From NCBI GenBank assembly GCA_963845565.1, contig CAWJSJ010000006.1, forward strand, positions 43,386 through 107,385: DNA of 64,000 bases, given 5' to 3'. Position numbers and translations under genes: made by a program. Positions 8,955-18,817 of this stretch are shown one piece after another. A model generated the notes under the pieces. That model was not told where the DNA came from. It saw nothing but the letters and a program-made list of their open reading frames with translations, and did no database searches. Source of the stretch: an uncultured Methylomirabilota bacterium (GTDB taxonomy: Bacteria > Methylomirabilota > Methylomirabilia > Methylomirabilales > 2-02-FULL-66-22). The number at the start of each line of letters is the position of its first letter. The first letter of the stretch is position 1.

Positions 8955-9726
8955 TGTACCGATCGCCGAGCGTAAAGTCATTGTGGTGATGCCGGCATAT
9001 AACGCATCGCAGACGTTGAAGCTCACATACGCCGGTCTCCCTCACGATCGGATCGACGGGATTATCCTGGTGGACGACGGCAGCAAGGATGAGACGGTCC
9101 GCATCGCTAAGGAGTTGGGGCTTTCCGTTTTTTTGCATACGCACAACTTCGGCTATGGGGCGAATCAGAAAACCTGTTACCAAGAGGCGCTGAAGGCCGG
9201 CGCGACGATTATTGTCATGGTGCACCCGGACTACCAGTACGATCCGACGCTCTTGCCTGAGTTGATCCGACCGATTGAAGAAGGCCAGTGCGATGTCGTG
9301 TTCGGATCGCGCATGAAGGGTATATCCGCGTACCGGCAGGGGATGCCCTGGTGGAAGTATGTGTCCAACATCGCCCTGACGTGGCTTGAGAACAGGGTAT
9401 TCGGCCTGCACCTGTCAGAGTTCCACACCGGCTACCGGGCGTACCGCCGCGAGGTGCTAGAGCAGGTGAGCTTCCTTGCCAATTCCGATGGTTTCATTTT
9501 TGACCAGCAAATTGTGGCCCAGTTCGCCTCCGGCGGATTTCGGATTGGTGAGATCTCAGTCCCGGTCCGGTATTTTCCAGAGGCATCCAGCGCGGGCCTG
9601 ATCGCCAGTGTAGTCTATGGACTGGGAATCCTGTGGTTGTGTGTTCGGTATTCTCTGCACAAGCGGGGCCGCTGGCCAAGCATGCAGTACACCGTTCATG
9701 CCAGCCGGTATCGGCCCGCCAAATAG
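8941..9726 (+). CDS. Glycosyltransferase family 2 (polyprenol-phosphate glycosyl synthase-like)
   Basis: VVMPAYN, VDDGSKD, NFGYGANQKTCY, MVHPDYQYDP, LSEFHTGYRAY; GTG at 8941 with GGAGG. Confidence 0.88.
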   Translation: MEEVSVPIAERKVIVVMPAYNASQTLKLTYAGLPHDRIDGIILVDDGSKDETVRIAKELGLSVFLHTHNFGYGANQKTCYQEALKAGATIIVMVHPDYQYDPTLLPELIRPIEEGQCDVVFGSRMKGISAYRQGMPWWKYVSNIALTWLENRVFGLHLSEFHTGYRAYRREVLEQVSFLANSDGFIFDQQIVAQFASGGFRIGEISVPVRYFPEASSAGLIASVVYGLGILWLCVRYSLHKRGRWPSMQYTVHASRYRPAK

Positions 9727-9729
9727 GTT

Positions 9730-12700
9730 GTGGCGATCAGAGAGGATCACACAGTGCACGGCATCCTGAGGCGTCTTCTGTCGCTCATCGCCTATGGGGT
9801 GTTGATCTGGTCTTTGCCTGAGGTACTCCGCCACCGCAGCGACAGCGCCAAGGTTTTCGGCCGCTACTCGCTCTCCTACTTTACCTGGGTTTCCCTTTAC
9901 CTCGTGATCGTCATTGCGTGGACAGCCGTCACGATCTTTGTGTTCCTGCGACGGCAGCAGGCACCCGCCCTGCGAGAGCGTCTTGCCCCGTATTGCCAGA
10001 AAGCGTACTTACTGGGGGTTGCGATTTCTTTGCCTTTGCTGGCGTTCACATTGGTCGCTAATCAACCGGGCGCACTCCCCCTGGCTTTCGTCTTGGCGGG
10101 GGCCCTGTTTACCATGGCGTGGCTCGGGACTGCACCAGCAGCCAGCAAATTGGGGTTGAAGGACACGGCGCATGTGGTGCGGTTGGAACACACGTCTCTG
10201 TCGGAGCGTATCAATGCAGTGGCCCGATGGCTGGCTGAAGGCAGGCGATCCGAGATGGTATCCCTGACCGTTATTACGCTGACCGCGTTAACGCTTTTTG
10301 CCCCGGTCCTACTGAAACCAGATCGTCTGGTAGGCGGCCATGACCTGCCGGCACTCTACTACGTCGTTGAGCGATACACGACTGAGGTCATCCACGCCGG
10401 CAAACTTCCCTTGTGGAATCCCTATATGTTCAGCGGGCTGCCGCTATTGGCCCATCCGGACTCCATGGTCTTCTACCCGATACAGGTGGTTTTGCGGTCC
10501 GCGCTTCCGGTCAGCCTTGCGGTCGCGTGGGGATTTGCTATCCATATCTGGATTGCTGGCGCCGGCATGTACGCCCTGTGCCGCTACCTGAGGCTTCGCC
10601 CCTGGATCGCGCTGATCTGCGCGTTGGCATTCATGCTGAATGGTGGGCTGCTTACGAGAATTCTCGCCGGTCACATCTGGCTGGTCTATGCCCTGAGCTG
10701 GCTGCCTCTTGCGTGGCTGCTTGTCATGCTGGCACTGGAGAGGGGCAGCGCCATAGCGCTGGTGGGAGCGGGCCTGGTGATCGCGATGACGATCCTGACG
10801 GGACATCCCACCCTCCCGGCCTACATGTTGCTATTCCTGGGGCTCTTTTGGCTGTTTCACGCAGTTACCGTGTGGCAGGCGGAGAAGACGCTGCGACAGG
10901 TCGTCATTACGGCGGTCAGGTTCGGCGCGATTCTGGTTCTGGCATTTGGCTTTGCAGCGATTCAGCTTCTTCCCTCGCTGGTCTTCTCCTCGCAGACCTC
11001 TCTTGCTTCGGGATATGCCCCGGGTGACGCCGCTCTGGGGACGCTCAGCCTTCATCATTTGGCAATGATCTTCCTGCCGGACGCGTATCCGTATCCCGGC
11101 CTGGACATCTGGGAGCAGTTCCCGTATCTCGGCATCTTGTTGCCACTGGCGGCTCCCTGGGCCTTTGCTCGCCCGGAGCGCCGCTCTCTGGCGGTGTTCC
11201 TTGGACTGGTGGCGTTGGTCTCAGTGGTCCTGGCGTTTGGCCAAGAACTGCGGCTCTTCAGTCTGCTGTACTATCTCCTTCCTCCCTTCCGCCTCTTGCG
11301 TATTCCGCCGCGGGCGCTCGTGATGTGGATTCCCTCGCTGGTTCTTCTCGGTGGTTTTGGCTTGGAAACGCTCATGCAGCGCGGAACGTCGGAGGGGAGG
11401 GTAGCCTGCGGGACATATCTCTATCAGAGGGCGACCCTGTTGCCTCTTGGCATCCTAAGTGGCTTCCTGCTGGCGCGCGCGACCGGGATCGATGTCCTAG
11501 TCGGGCTGTCGGAGAACAGACAAACACTCATCACGGCGACGATTCTGGGCGCGGTTCTGGCAATCTGCATGTTGACGGCTGGCGCCCCTCTCTATCCCGG
11601 AAGGGGGAGCCATAGAGGTACGTGGGCGGCCGGGGCACTTCTGGCGGCCAACATCCTGTTGGGTTTCGTACTGCTTCCTCGCGCAATCCCGGCTGCCGTC
11701 GCCCCTTCCGGCATTGTCCTGGGGTTTGGAAAACTGGCGATCTTACTCCTCGTCATCGGGTTCCTGCTGCCAGTTCTGTTTCGATTTCCGGGCGCGAGCA
11801 TCACTTCTCTGCTACTCATTATTGTTGTGTTCCTCGATATGTACACTTTCGGGGCGAAGTACGTGGCCGTATCCGATGTTCCGTCTCTGAGCACAGAAGA
11901 GCGGCAGGCGCTTGCCGTGATTCCTCCGCCGCCACAAGGACGTGTGATGCGCGGCGATGCTCCGCTCGCCTTTAACGCGTTAGTGCCGCTGGGGATCAGT
12001 AACATCGATGGTTATTACTCCGGTATTATGAGCGGCTATACCTCGTTTCTGAGGGGCCTCTCTGCTAATCCGCCGCCGGAAACGACCATCCTGCTGTCCT
12101 ACGCGGCATACCCGGAGATCGATGAGCGTGCCCTGGATTTCCTGAACGTGACGCATGTCTTCTCTAAAGAGCCGCTGGCCGCTCCGGGGCGGGAGTTGGT
12201 CGCGGAGGTGCCCGGCCGATACGCCATCTATCGCAATCCGGATGCGCTCCCTCGCGCCTTCTGGGTCGGCAATGCACGGGTGATCGCAAACAAAGACGAC
12301 GCCATCCGGGCGATGCTCGATCCCCGCTTTGATTACCGCAGCACCGTCCTACTGGAAAACCCGGTACCCGCTGAAGGGGGCAGCCTCTCGGATGCGGACG
12401 TTACCATCACGGAGTTCGATGGTTCCAGCGGCGGATTCGTCATCCAGGCCAGCACTCCCCGTGCTGGTGTGCTGGTGCTGAGCGAGCCGTATTACAGCGA
12501 ACGGCATGCCTCGCTCGATGGGCGGGAGGTGCCCCTCTTGCGAGCAAACGTGGGGTTCAGTGCCATCGCATTGCCGGCGGGAACGCATCAGGTTCGTATT
12601 TCCTATGTTCCCACATCCCTGTATCAGGGCATCCTGATTACGGTGGGGACCGCTGTCGTGGCGGTGGGGTTGGTCATGTTCAGCCTGTTCCGACGCGGCA

Positions 12701-12765
12701 GATATGATGCTCTTCGGCGTCAGCCGCGTCCCCCAGTTTCTACCGCGCTTTCCAATTTACGTTAG
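9730..12765 (+). CDS. YfhO-family multi-TM membrane protein (GT-C-like glycosyltransferase)
   Basis: PLWNPYMFSGLPLLAHP..VFYP, LTGHP, AIQLLP, IYRNPDALPRAF, LVLSEPYY..., LPAGTHQV..Y.P. Confidence 0.82.
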   Translation: MAIREDHTVHGILRRLLSLIAYGVLIWSLPEVLRHRSDSAKVFGRYSLSYFTWVSLYLVIVIAWTAVTIFVFLRRQQAPALRERLAPYCQKAYLLGVAISLPLLAFTLVANQPGALPLAFVLAGALFTMAWLGTAPAASKLGLKDTAHVVRLEHTSLSERINAVARWLAEGRRSEMVSLTVITLTALTLFAPVLLKPDRLVGGHDLPALYYVVERYTTEVIHAGKLPLWNPYMFSGLPLLAHPDSMVFYPIQVVLRSALPVSLAVAWGFAIHIWIAGAGMYALCRYLRLRPWIALICALAFMLNGGLLTRILAGHIWLVYALSWLPLAWLLVMLALERGSAIALVGAGLVIAMTILTGHPTLPAYMLLFLGLFWLFHAVTVWQAEKTLRQVVITAVRFGAILVLAFGFAAIQLLPSLVFSSQTSLASGYAPGDAALGTLSLHHLAMIFLPDAYPYPGLDIWEQFPYLGILLPLAAPWAFARPERRSLAVFLGLVALVSVVLAFGQELRLFSLLYYLLPPFRLLRIPPRALVMWIPSLVLLGGFGLETLMQRGTSEGRVACGTYLYQRATLLPLGILSGFLLARATGIDVLVGLSENRQTLITATILGAVLAICMLTAGAPLYPGRGSHRGTWAAGALLAANILLGFVLLPRAIPAAVAPSGIVLGFGKLAILLLVIGFLLPVLFRFPGASITSLLLIIVVFLDMYTFGAKYVAVSDVPSLSTEERQALAVIPPPPQGRVMRGDAPLAFNALVPLGISNIDGYYSGIMSGYTSFLRGLSANPPPETTILLSYAAYPEIDERALDFLNVTHVFSKEPLAAPGRELVAEVPGRYAIYRNPDALPRAFWVGNARVIANKDDAIRAMLDPRFDYRSTVLLENPVPAEGGSLSDADVTITEFDGSSGGFVIQASTPRAGVLVLSEPYYSERHASLDGREVPLLRANVGFSAIALPAGTHQVRISYVPTSLYQGILITVGTAVVAVGLVMFSLFRRGRYDALRRQPRPPVSTALSNLR

Positions 12766-12783
12766 GTGCCCTCTCTGGCAAAG

Positions 12784-12832
12784 ATGGAACGGGAAACCGC
12801 ACTGGAAATCCCCGCCAGTCAACCGGGAACCC
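12784..12832. repeat. ~50-bp direct repeat copy A (decayed promoter copy)
   Basis: atggaacgggaaaccgcactggaaatccccgccagtcaaccgggaaccc; near-identical to 15912-15961. Confidence 0.88.
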
Positions 12833-12961
12833 TCCTCCGCGGAGGCATCCCTTTGTGGCGCGCGGCGATCGTCAGCGCTTTGGTTGTCAAGGTGTGTGGG
12901 TCTTGCTGCTGAACTGATGTGTCGCTATGGCGTCTTGGCGGTCAAGAATGTCGGTCTGGGG

Positions 12962-15829
12962 TTAGTGGTCCATGTCACGGGTTCTCTCCCGCGTCCCTTT
13001 CCCGTTCCGGCGTCCCCGCAGCACGCCGACGATCGGTATCCCTATCGTGATGGCCGACGCAAGCACGGTGATGCCCACACCGGCGTAAAATGTCCTGGGC
13101 GTGAACTCGAATTTCACCAGATGCGCTCCTGCGGGCACCACGGCGCCCCGCAGCACATAGTCCGTCTGGTACAGTCGCGAAGGCACACCGTCAATCGTCA
13201 CCGACCACCCAGGATAGAACACATCGCTGAGGACGAGGAATGAGGCAAGCGACGAACGGGTCCGGACCTCCACCACGGTGTCGGTGACGCGCTCCACTAC
13301 TGCCTCTGCCTTGGCATCGATCTCGCCCTTCAATTCCAATGGTTCTTCAACGAGGCCGATCCGCGACGGATCGAAGGGGCGACCGTCGGGGAGTTGTGAC
13401 CACTTCAGGGCGGCAAGCACCTGGTCCGGCTTCAGGGTCACGGTTTCCGGTACCAGCCATGCCCGAGGCATGGACCGGGTGTTCGCATACACCCTCGTCT
13501 CCCCCAATTCCTGGACCAGACGCCACCTGTCGGCGTTCAGGAGGAATTCCGCCATCTCTGAGACGGGGTAGGAAAGCGCGGTATTCTCGTTGTGGAGAGT
13601 GATCTTCTCTATGGCAATGAGGGCAGGCAGACCGGTCCAGGTCAATTCGAGCGCCTTCACCTCGATCTCCCTGCCGAAACCCAGCGTGCCGACATATTGG
13701 TGCCCCCGGCACGACGCGACGCCCCGGCGCGCGACGGGAAAGCTCAGAAAGACGGATGCCCTCCTGTGCTTCACCTGCGGACGTACGTCGGCGCAGTCGA
13801 ACGCCACCTCAGAGGTGTCCCGGCCTGCACGAAAGGGGTAGGTATGTGTCCGCCCCTGGCTGTCCATGATCGCCACGCGGAGTACCTCGGTGTTGTCGGG
13901 GATCGCCGTCGCACAACCGAGCGACGTCACCATGCCAAGGGCCGTGGCCTTGACGGGGACCGATAATTGTAACCTCCAGGCGTCACGTTTGGTGCCGCAG
14001 CCCGCGCCGAGCCAAAGCTCCATGCGCTCGCGGGCTCCCCAGGATATGTTCTGGCTCTTGGCAGTCAAGGGCTTGAAAACGCTCAGCGGCACGAACACAT
14101 GGCTGACGGCCATGATATCCAGCGTCCGGTTGTCGGGCATGTACGAGAGCCCCGCGATGTCCCCGTCGGGCCCCATCGAGAGCGCTTCGCCCAGTCTCGA
14201 AAGGAGGAGCGGCCCATACCCACTCACGCTCGGCACTCCCCAGATCCTGTGCAGGTTGGGCGGAATTTCGTCACGGCTTCCCAGGGCGCCCCTCACCGGT
14301 GCGATCCGTTGGTGAGTCGCCTCTAGCGTTGTCCGATAATGCTGAGCAATATCGGGCGGACGGAAAATGTCGCGATGCGGCGAAAGGAATCTCCACGCGG
14401 AGAACCATCCGAAACTTCCGAGGTCCACGACAAGCCCCAAAAGGAGGAGCGACGTTCTTAGGGTAGACGCAGGCTTCCTTCGCCACGCGAGGAGGATCAC
14501 CGCCCCTAAACCAAAGACCACAAGCGGGATGCCAATAGCGGGATTTGACCAGGGCAGCACCGACAGCGCATCGATCCCCTTTGCGGCCGCCAACTCTTTG
14601 AGCGTGTCGGCTCGCCAGAGGATTACCCCTACGCTGAAAAGGATCGTCGCGCCTGATGCGGCCACCACAACAGCCGTGAGCTTCGCGGTCACCATTCGAT
14701 TCTTCATGGCAGCAACGCCAAGTCCCGCGAGGACGCTTACCGCCAACGCGCACTCGATAAAGTGTCTCGTCGGCGCCCTGAATTTGTTGACGACCGGCAG
14801 ATGATACATGGCCTTGGCGAGGGGAGTGAGATCTCCGAGGACGAGGAGGAACGCGAAAAGGCCAACGGCGGCCCAGAAACAGGCGACAGCCCTCTTGAGG
14901 GGTGCGAGAGCGCCGACCACGGCGAGCATCAAGGCCAGCAGACCCATGTAGCCGGTGAACCCGGCGTCCGGCGCGCCGAAATAGGCGACAGAATAGACGT
15001 CACCCGTTAACTCTGTACCGAAGAGGTATGGGAAAAGGAGCGTTATACTCTGCCGAAAGGGTAGCGAATACGAGACGAACTCCGTGAAAGTCATCTCGCT
15101 TCTGAGGCTGAGTCGGGCCAGCTCCGCCGTTGGCAGGAGCTGAAGAGACGCCACGCCAAGGCCCAGGGTCACTATCAGGGCGTAGAGCCCGCAAAGACGG
15201 GCCCTCCCTGCCGGTACACACCAGCAACGGACTAAGGTGTAGAAGGTGCCCAGGCCCAGGGTGTACACGGAAATCTGCGGATGGCCCGCCAAGAGGCTGC
15301 AGGCGGTGGCCGCCGTGCCCACGACGAGCCAGAGCAGCTTGGAGCCGCCGACCAGGCCCTCCACAGACCAGATGAGCAATGGCATCCACGCCGCCGCGTG
15401 GACGATGGTGGCGTGAGCGTGAGAGGCGATCATGAAGCCGCTCATGCCATAGACGGTGCCGCTTACCGCAGCCGCCAGCCATGATCCAGTTAGGGTGTGG
15501 ACGTATCCGTACGTGAAGCAACTCCCCAGGACGTACGCTGAAAGTATGAGGCCGTTCCAAGACCCAAGCGCAGAGAAGAGGATCGATGGGGGGTACCAGG
15601 TCATCGCCTGGGGATCGGCGGCGACCGGGAAACCGCCCCAGAGGAGCGGGTCCCAGAATGTGATGCCGCGGATGAAGTTGGGCAGATAGAGGATGAGGTC
15701 GCCTGCCCCCAGCAGTCTGCCGCTGAAGAGCACAGGCGCGAAGAAAAGGACGTAGAGCGCACTGTAGCCGGCCACCACCGACACCACGTGGATGGTCGTC
15801 CCCCGCACCGGTGACCACGCGCTCGTCAC
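12962..15829 (-). CDS. YfhO-family multi-TM membrane protein (GT-C-like glycosyltransferase)
   Basis: WDPLLWGGFPVAADP..WYPP, LAGHPQ, LQLLPT, VYANTRSMPRAW, LVLSDVFYPGW; GTG at 15829 with GGAGG (start uncertain). Confidence 0.82.
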   Translation of the reverse strand: MTSAWSPVRGTTIHVVSVVAGYSALYVLFFAPVLFSGRLLGAGDLILYLPNFIRGITFWDPLLWGGFPVAADPQAMTWYPPSILFSALGSWNGLILSAYVLGSCFTYGYVHTLTGSWLAAAVSGTVYGMSGFMIASHAHATIVHAAAWMPLLIWSVEGLVGGSKLLWLVVGTAATACSLLAGHPQISVYTLGLGTFYTLVRCWCVPAGRARLCGLYALIVTLGLGVASLQLLPTAELARLSLRSEMTFTEFVSYSLPFRQSITLLFPYLFGTELTGDVYSVAYFGAPDAGFTGYMGLLALMLAVVGALAPLKRAVACFWAAVGLFAFLLVLGDLTPLAKAMYHLPVVNKFRAPTRHFIECALAVSVLAGLGVAAMKNRMVTAKLTAVVVAASGATILFSVGVILWRADTLKELAAAKGIDALSVLPWSNPAIGIPLVVFGLGAVILLAWRRKPASTLRTSLLLLGLVVDLGSFGWFSAWRFLSPHRDIFRPPDIAQHYRTTLEATHQRIAPVRGALGSRDEIPPNLHRIWGVPSVSGYGPLLLSRLGEALSMGPDGDIAGLSYMPDNRTLDIMAVSHVFVPLSVFKPLTAKSQNISWGARERMELWLGAGCGTKRDAWRLQLSVPVKATALGMVTSLGCATAIPDNTEVLRVAIMDSQGRTHTYPFRAGRDTSEVAFDCADVRPQVKHRRASVFLSFPVARRGVASCRGHQYVGTLGFGREIEVKALELTWTGLPALIAIEKITLHNENTALSYPVSEMAEFLLNADRWRLVQELGETRVYANTRSMPRAWLVPETVTLKPDQVLAALKWSQLPDGRPFDPSRIGLVEEPLELKGEIDAKAEAVVERVTDTVVEVRTRSSLASFLVLSDVFYPGWSVTIDGVPSRLYQTDYVLRGAVVPAGAHLVKFEFTPRTFYAGVGITVLASAITIGIPIVGVLRGRRNGKGTRERTRDMDH

Positions 15830-15911
15830 AGTGGTTGTCCCTCCGCCAGGCCGTGGGTCGTCTCCGTGTGTGACCGGAGGGCGTCGCTCCGCTCCCCCAT
15901 CTTCGATCTTC

Positions 15912-15961
15912 ATGGAACGGGAAACTAGCACTGGAAATCCCCGCCAGTCAACCGGGAACCC
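15912..15961 (-). promoter_or_regulatory. Direct repeat copy B containing a putative promoter for the second YfhO gene
   Basis: Minus strand TTGACT-N18-TAGTTT with extended TG (15951-15922). Confidence 0.65.
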
Positions 15962-16123
15962 CCCTTCGAGGGCGGAGCGTGCAGCCGTCACCCTCGTGTG
16001 CGGGTCGATTCGCCGCCCTCGCCGCGTAATGGGGCCGCCCGTGCCATCTCCTCGCGGTAACCGTGTGGGGCCGGCCGCGGTGCCGGCGTGTGCCCCTGGT
16101 ACACGAGAGAGCCCGGTTCGCTC

Positions 16124-16220
16124 TTGACATCGGTGTCCCGCGCACTAGATACTCCCGCCCAGCGGCTGGGGAACCCCCGCGAGGCGCGGATCGCCAGCGC
16201 CGGTGGCCTCGTGGGACGGG
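16124..16220 (+). promoter_or_regulatory. Promoter plus conserved structured leader, copy 1
   Basis: TTGACA-N18-GATACT, cggctgggga, aggcgcggatcgccagcgccggtggcctcgtgggacggg; paralogous to 17594-17691. Confidence 0.6.
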
Positions 16221-16286
16221 CAGCGGCGCGATCGTCGCGCCGGCCCCCAAAAGCAAATTCCTATCACCTTCTGGGAGAGTATCACC

Positions 16287-17474
16287 ATGCGCCTCAGGAT
16301 CGTTGACTACGTCGCCAACCTGGGAGGCGGCGTTCGCTTCTGCGAACAAACGGTCCGAGCGCTGGTCCGCGGGAGAGACCTTGCGGTTGAGCTCGTCAGC
16401 CACGGTGCCGAGCTGCGCAGATACCAGGAGCTCCTCCGGTCGGTCGACCACGTCTCCTTCCTCGATATCCCCCCGGCCAACTTGCCGACATTCCGCGGAT
16501 TCTCCGGTTTCAGAGGCGCGAACCGTCTGAACCGATGGCTGCGTCTTGGCAAGACGGACTTCCACTACGACGTGCCCCATCTTGCGCTCGCGGACTGCGA
16601 TCTCGTGTGGTTTCCCTGGATCCATCGACACAGGATCCCCCGGGCCCGGGGTGCCAAAGTGATCGCGTCTCTTCACGACCTCATCTTCCTGCAGCTGCCC
16701 GAGCTCTTTCCGGGATGGGGTCGGGCCAGCGAGGAGAAGACGATCGGGTCGTGGCTGGCCTCGAATGCCAAGATCGTGACCAGCTCGCACGCCACGGTCT
16801 CCGCATTGGTGCAGATCTTCAAGTGCGAACCCGGCCGGCTGAACGTTATCCCCCTGTCCGGTCAGCACGTGCGCGAGGGAGAGTCGACACGGAAAACGTC
16901 CCCCGCCGTCGGAGGCTCCGGCTACCTGCTGTGTCCTGCAAACACAACGCCGCACAAGAACCATGAAGTCCTTTTCGCGGGCGTTGCCGCTGCCGGGATC
17001 GAGCGCCCATTGGTGCTGACCGGCGGTGCGACCGACTTCTGGACATCCACAGGATTACGGGACGCTGCGCTTCGGCGGCGCGCCAGGGAAGCCGGACTCA
17101 GTTGGGGGCGCTCACTGATCGGCCTTGGGTACGTCGATGACGCGACCTACTTCGATCTGCTCGACGGTGCCTGGGCTTTGGTGATGCCCACGCTGGCTGA
17201 AGGGGGAGGAAGTTTCCCGGTGCTCGAGGCGATGCTGCGCGGCGTGCCGACGGTCGTCTCCGACATCCCCGTGATGCGGGAGATGGCCGAGAGGGTTGGC
17301 GGGTCGGTGCTCTGGTTCGATCCTCGGGACCCGAATGCTCTGGCATGCCAACTCCGCGAACTCGAGCGCGACTACCCCCGCTACAAGAAGGCAGCCGTGG
17401 AACAGATTTCCACGCTCCGGATGCGCAGCTGGGTGGATGTCGCCAACGACTACGCCGCGCTCATGGGACTCTAA
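16287..17474 (+). CDS. Glycosyltransferase family 4
   Basis: HDLIF, PANTTPHKNH, LGYVD, PTLAEGGGSFPVLEAM, SDIPVMRE. Confidence 0.88.
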   Translation: MRLRIVDYVANLGGGVRFCEQTVRALVRGRDLAVELVSHGAELRRYQELLRSVDHVSFLDIPPANLPTFRGFSGFRGANRLNRWLRLGKTDFHYDVPHLALADCDLVWFPWIHRHRIPRARGAKVIASLHDLIFLQLPELFPGWGRASEEKTIGSWLASNAKIVTSSHATVSALVQIFKCEPGRLNVIPLSGQHVREGESTRKTSPAVGGSGYLLCPANTTPHKNHEVLFAGVAAAGIERPLVLTGGATDFWTSTGLRDAALRRRAREAGLSWGRSLIGLGYVDDATYFDLLDGAWALVMPTLAEGGGSFPVLEAMLRGVPTVVSDIPVMREMAERVGGSVLWFDPRDPNALACQLRELERDYPRYKKAAVEQISTLRMRSWVDVANDYAALMGL

Positions 17475-17593
17475 CGGTCGGGACGCTGGCGGCGGCGCTC
17501 CCCGCTAGGTCACGTAGTGGGGTGCCCGATGATCGTTGGGGGCCACTCGAGCAATGGCGGTGTGTCGGTCGTTTCGGGCGAAGACGTTTCGCC

Positions 17594-17691
17594 TTGATTT
17601 CCGCCTCCCGCATGCCCGATACTTTTGGGGTTCGGCTGGGGACACTCGGGCCAGGCGCGGATCGGCGGCGCCGGTGGCCTCGTGGGGCGGG
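17594..17691 (+). promoter_or_regulatory. Promoter plus conserved structured leader, copy 2
   Basis: TTGATT-N18-GATACT, cggctgggga, aggcgcggatcggcggcgccggtggcctcgtggggcggg. Confidence 0.6.
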
Positions 17692-17742
17692 TGGTTCCTG
17701 CGGTTCGAGCGACGCGTTCCTTTAGGCTGCTCTTCTTGAGGA

Positions 17743-18817
17743 GTGAGCGAGGCCCGTATGGTGTCTGAATCGACGGTCACAACGTTGCTGGAGAAGGAGA
17801 TCCCCGGCTTCACCATGGCGCGAGCCGGCGAGAGCTTCACGACGCTCGGGGTGGACAGCTTCGCGATGTTGGAGCTGCGCATCGTGATCGAGCATGCGAT
17901 CGGCGCGACCATTCCCGACCCGGTGTGGGTGCAGCTCGACAGCCCGGCGCAGCTCGTCGCGCACCTCGGCGCAGCGCCCGCGCCGGTGGCCACACCGCCG
18001 CCGTCGGCTGACCTGCGCCGGCACTACGTGCTCAACATGCCGCAGATGGCGCTCGGTGGTCTGTCCGAGTCGTGGCTGTTCAAGGAGCTCGGGGACGCCC
18101 ACTGGTCGATGATCACCAGCGGTCTCGGGGCGCCGTCCAGCGCGCTGCGCGACGGCAACGGCGATCGCCTTTACGCGACGTTCGTACGGCTGCGCATCGA
18201 GGCGACGGTACCGCTGGCGCGCTTCGAGGAGAACGAGCCGCTGGCGCTCGAGGGGCGCATCGGCCGCTTCGGCGCCGGGATGTTTTTCAGCGAGATCGCG
18301 CTCGAGGGTGTCAAGGAGCGCGTCATGGCGTCGGTCATGTCGAGCTTCACCAAGCGCGGCTCACCCACGTCGAACACCAGCCTGCTGAAAGGCCAGCCGA
18401 CCATCCCCGCCGGCTGCCCGATCGCGGATCTGTGCGCCATGCCACCGTTCGGTCAGGGCTACCGCGAGCGGCGCAGTGGAACACTGGCCCCGGCGCTGTT
18501 CGAAACCACGTACGACATCATCCCGTATCACGACATCAACGGCGTGGGTCTCCTGTACTTCGCCGCATACCCGATCATCAGCGACATCTGCGAACTGAAG
18601 TACATCGACCGTGCCAACAACTGGGCCCTCGAGGCGAGCACGGTCTGCCGCGACGTCTATTACTTCGCCAACTGCGACACCCAAGACCGCCTGATCTACC
18701 GGGTACACGCGCGCCAGGACACACCCACCGGCGTCGACCTCGAGAGCTCGCTGTCGCGCGCGTCCGACGGCGCGCTGATGGCGTATTTCGTGACCCGGAA
18801 GCGTCGCCCGTGGGTAA
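17743..18817 (+). CDS. Acyl carrier protein fused to an LnmK/Pnap_2097-like double hot-dog biosynthetic domain
   Basis: N-terminal LGVDSFAMLEL phosphopantetheine motif; MPQMALGGLSESWLFKELGDAHW, LYATF, DINGVGLLYFAAY, RDVYYFANCD. The ORF reads through to 19152, but a TAA at 18815-18817 (+1 frame) overlapping the next start is probably the true end. Confidence 0.7.

Noticed and set aside
17469..17542. Integron attC site (CTCTAAC...GTTGGGG at a gene end)
   Set aside because: R boxes deviate from RYYYAAC/GTTRRRY, L boxes pair poorly, there is no integrase, and other gene ends lack similar sites.
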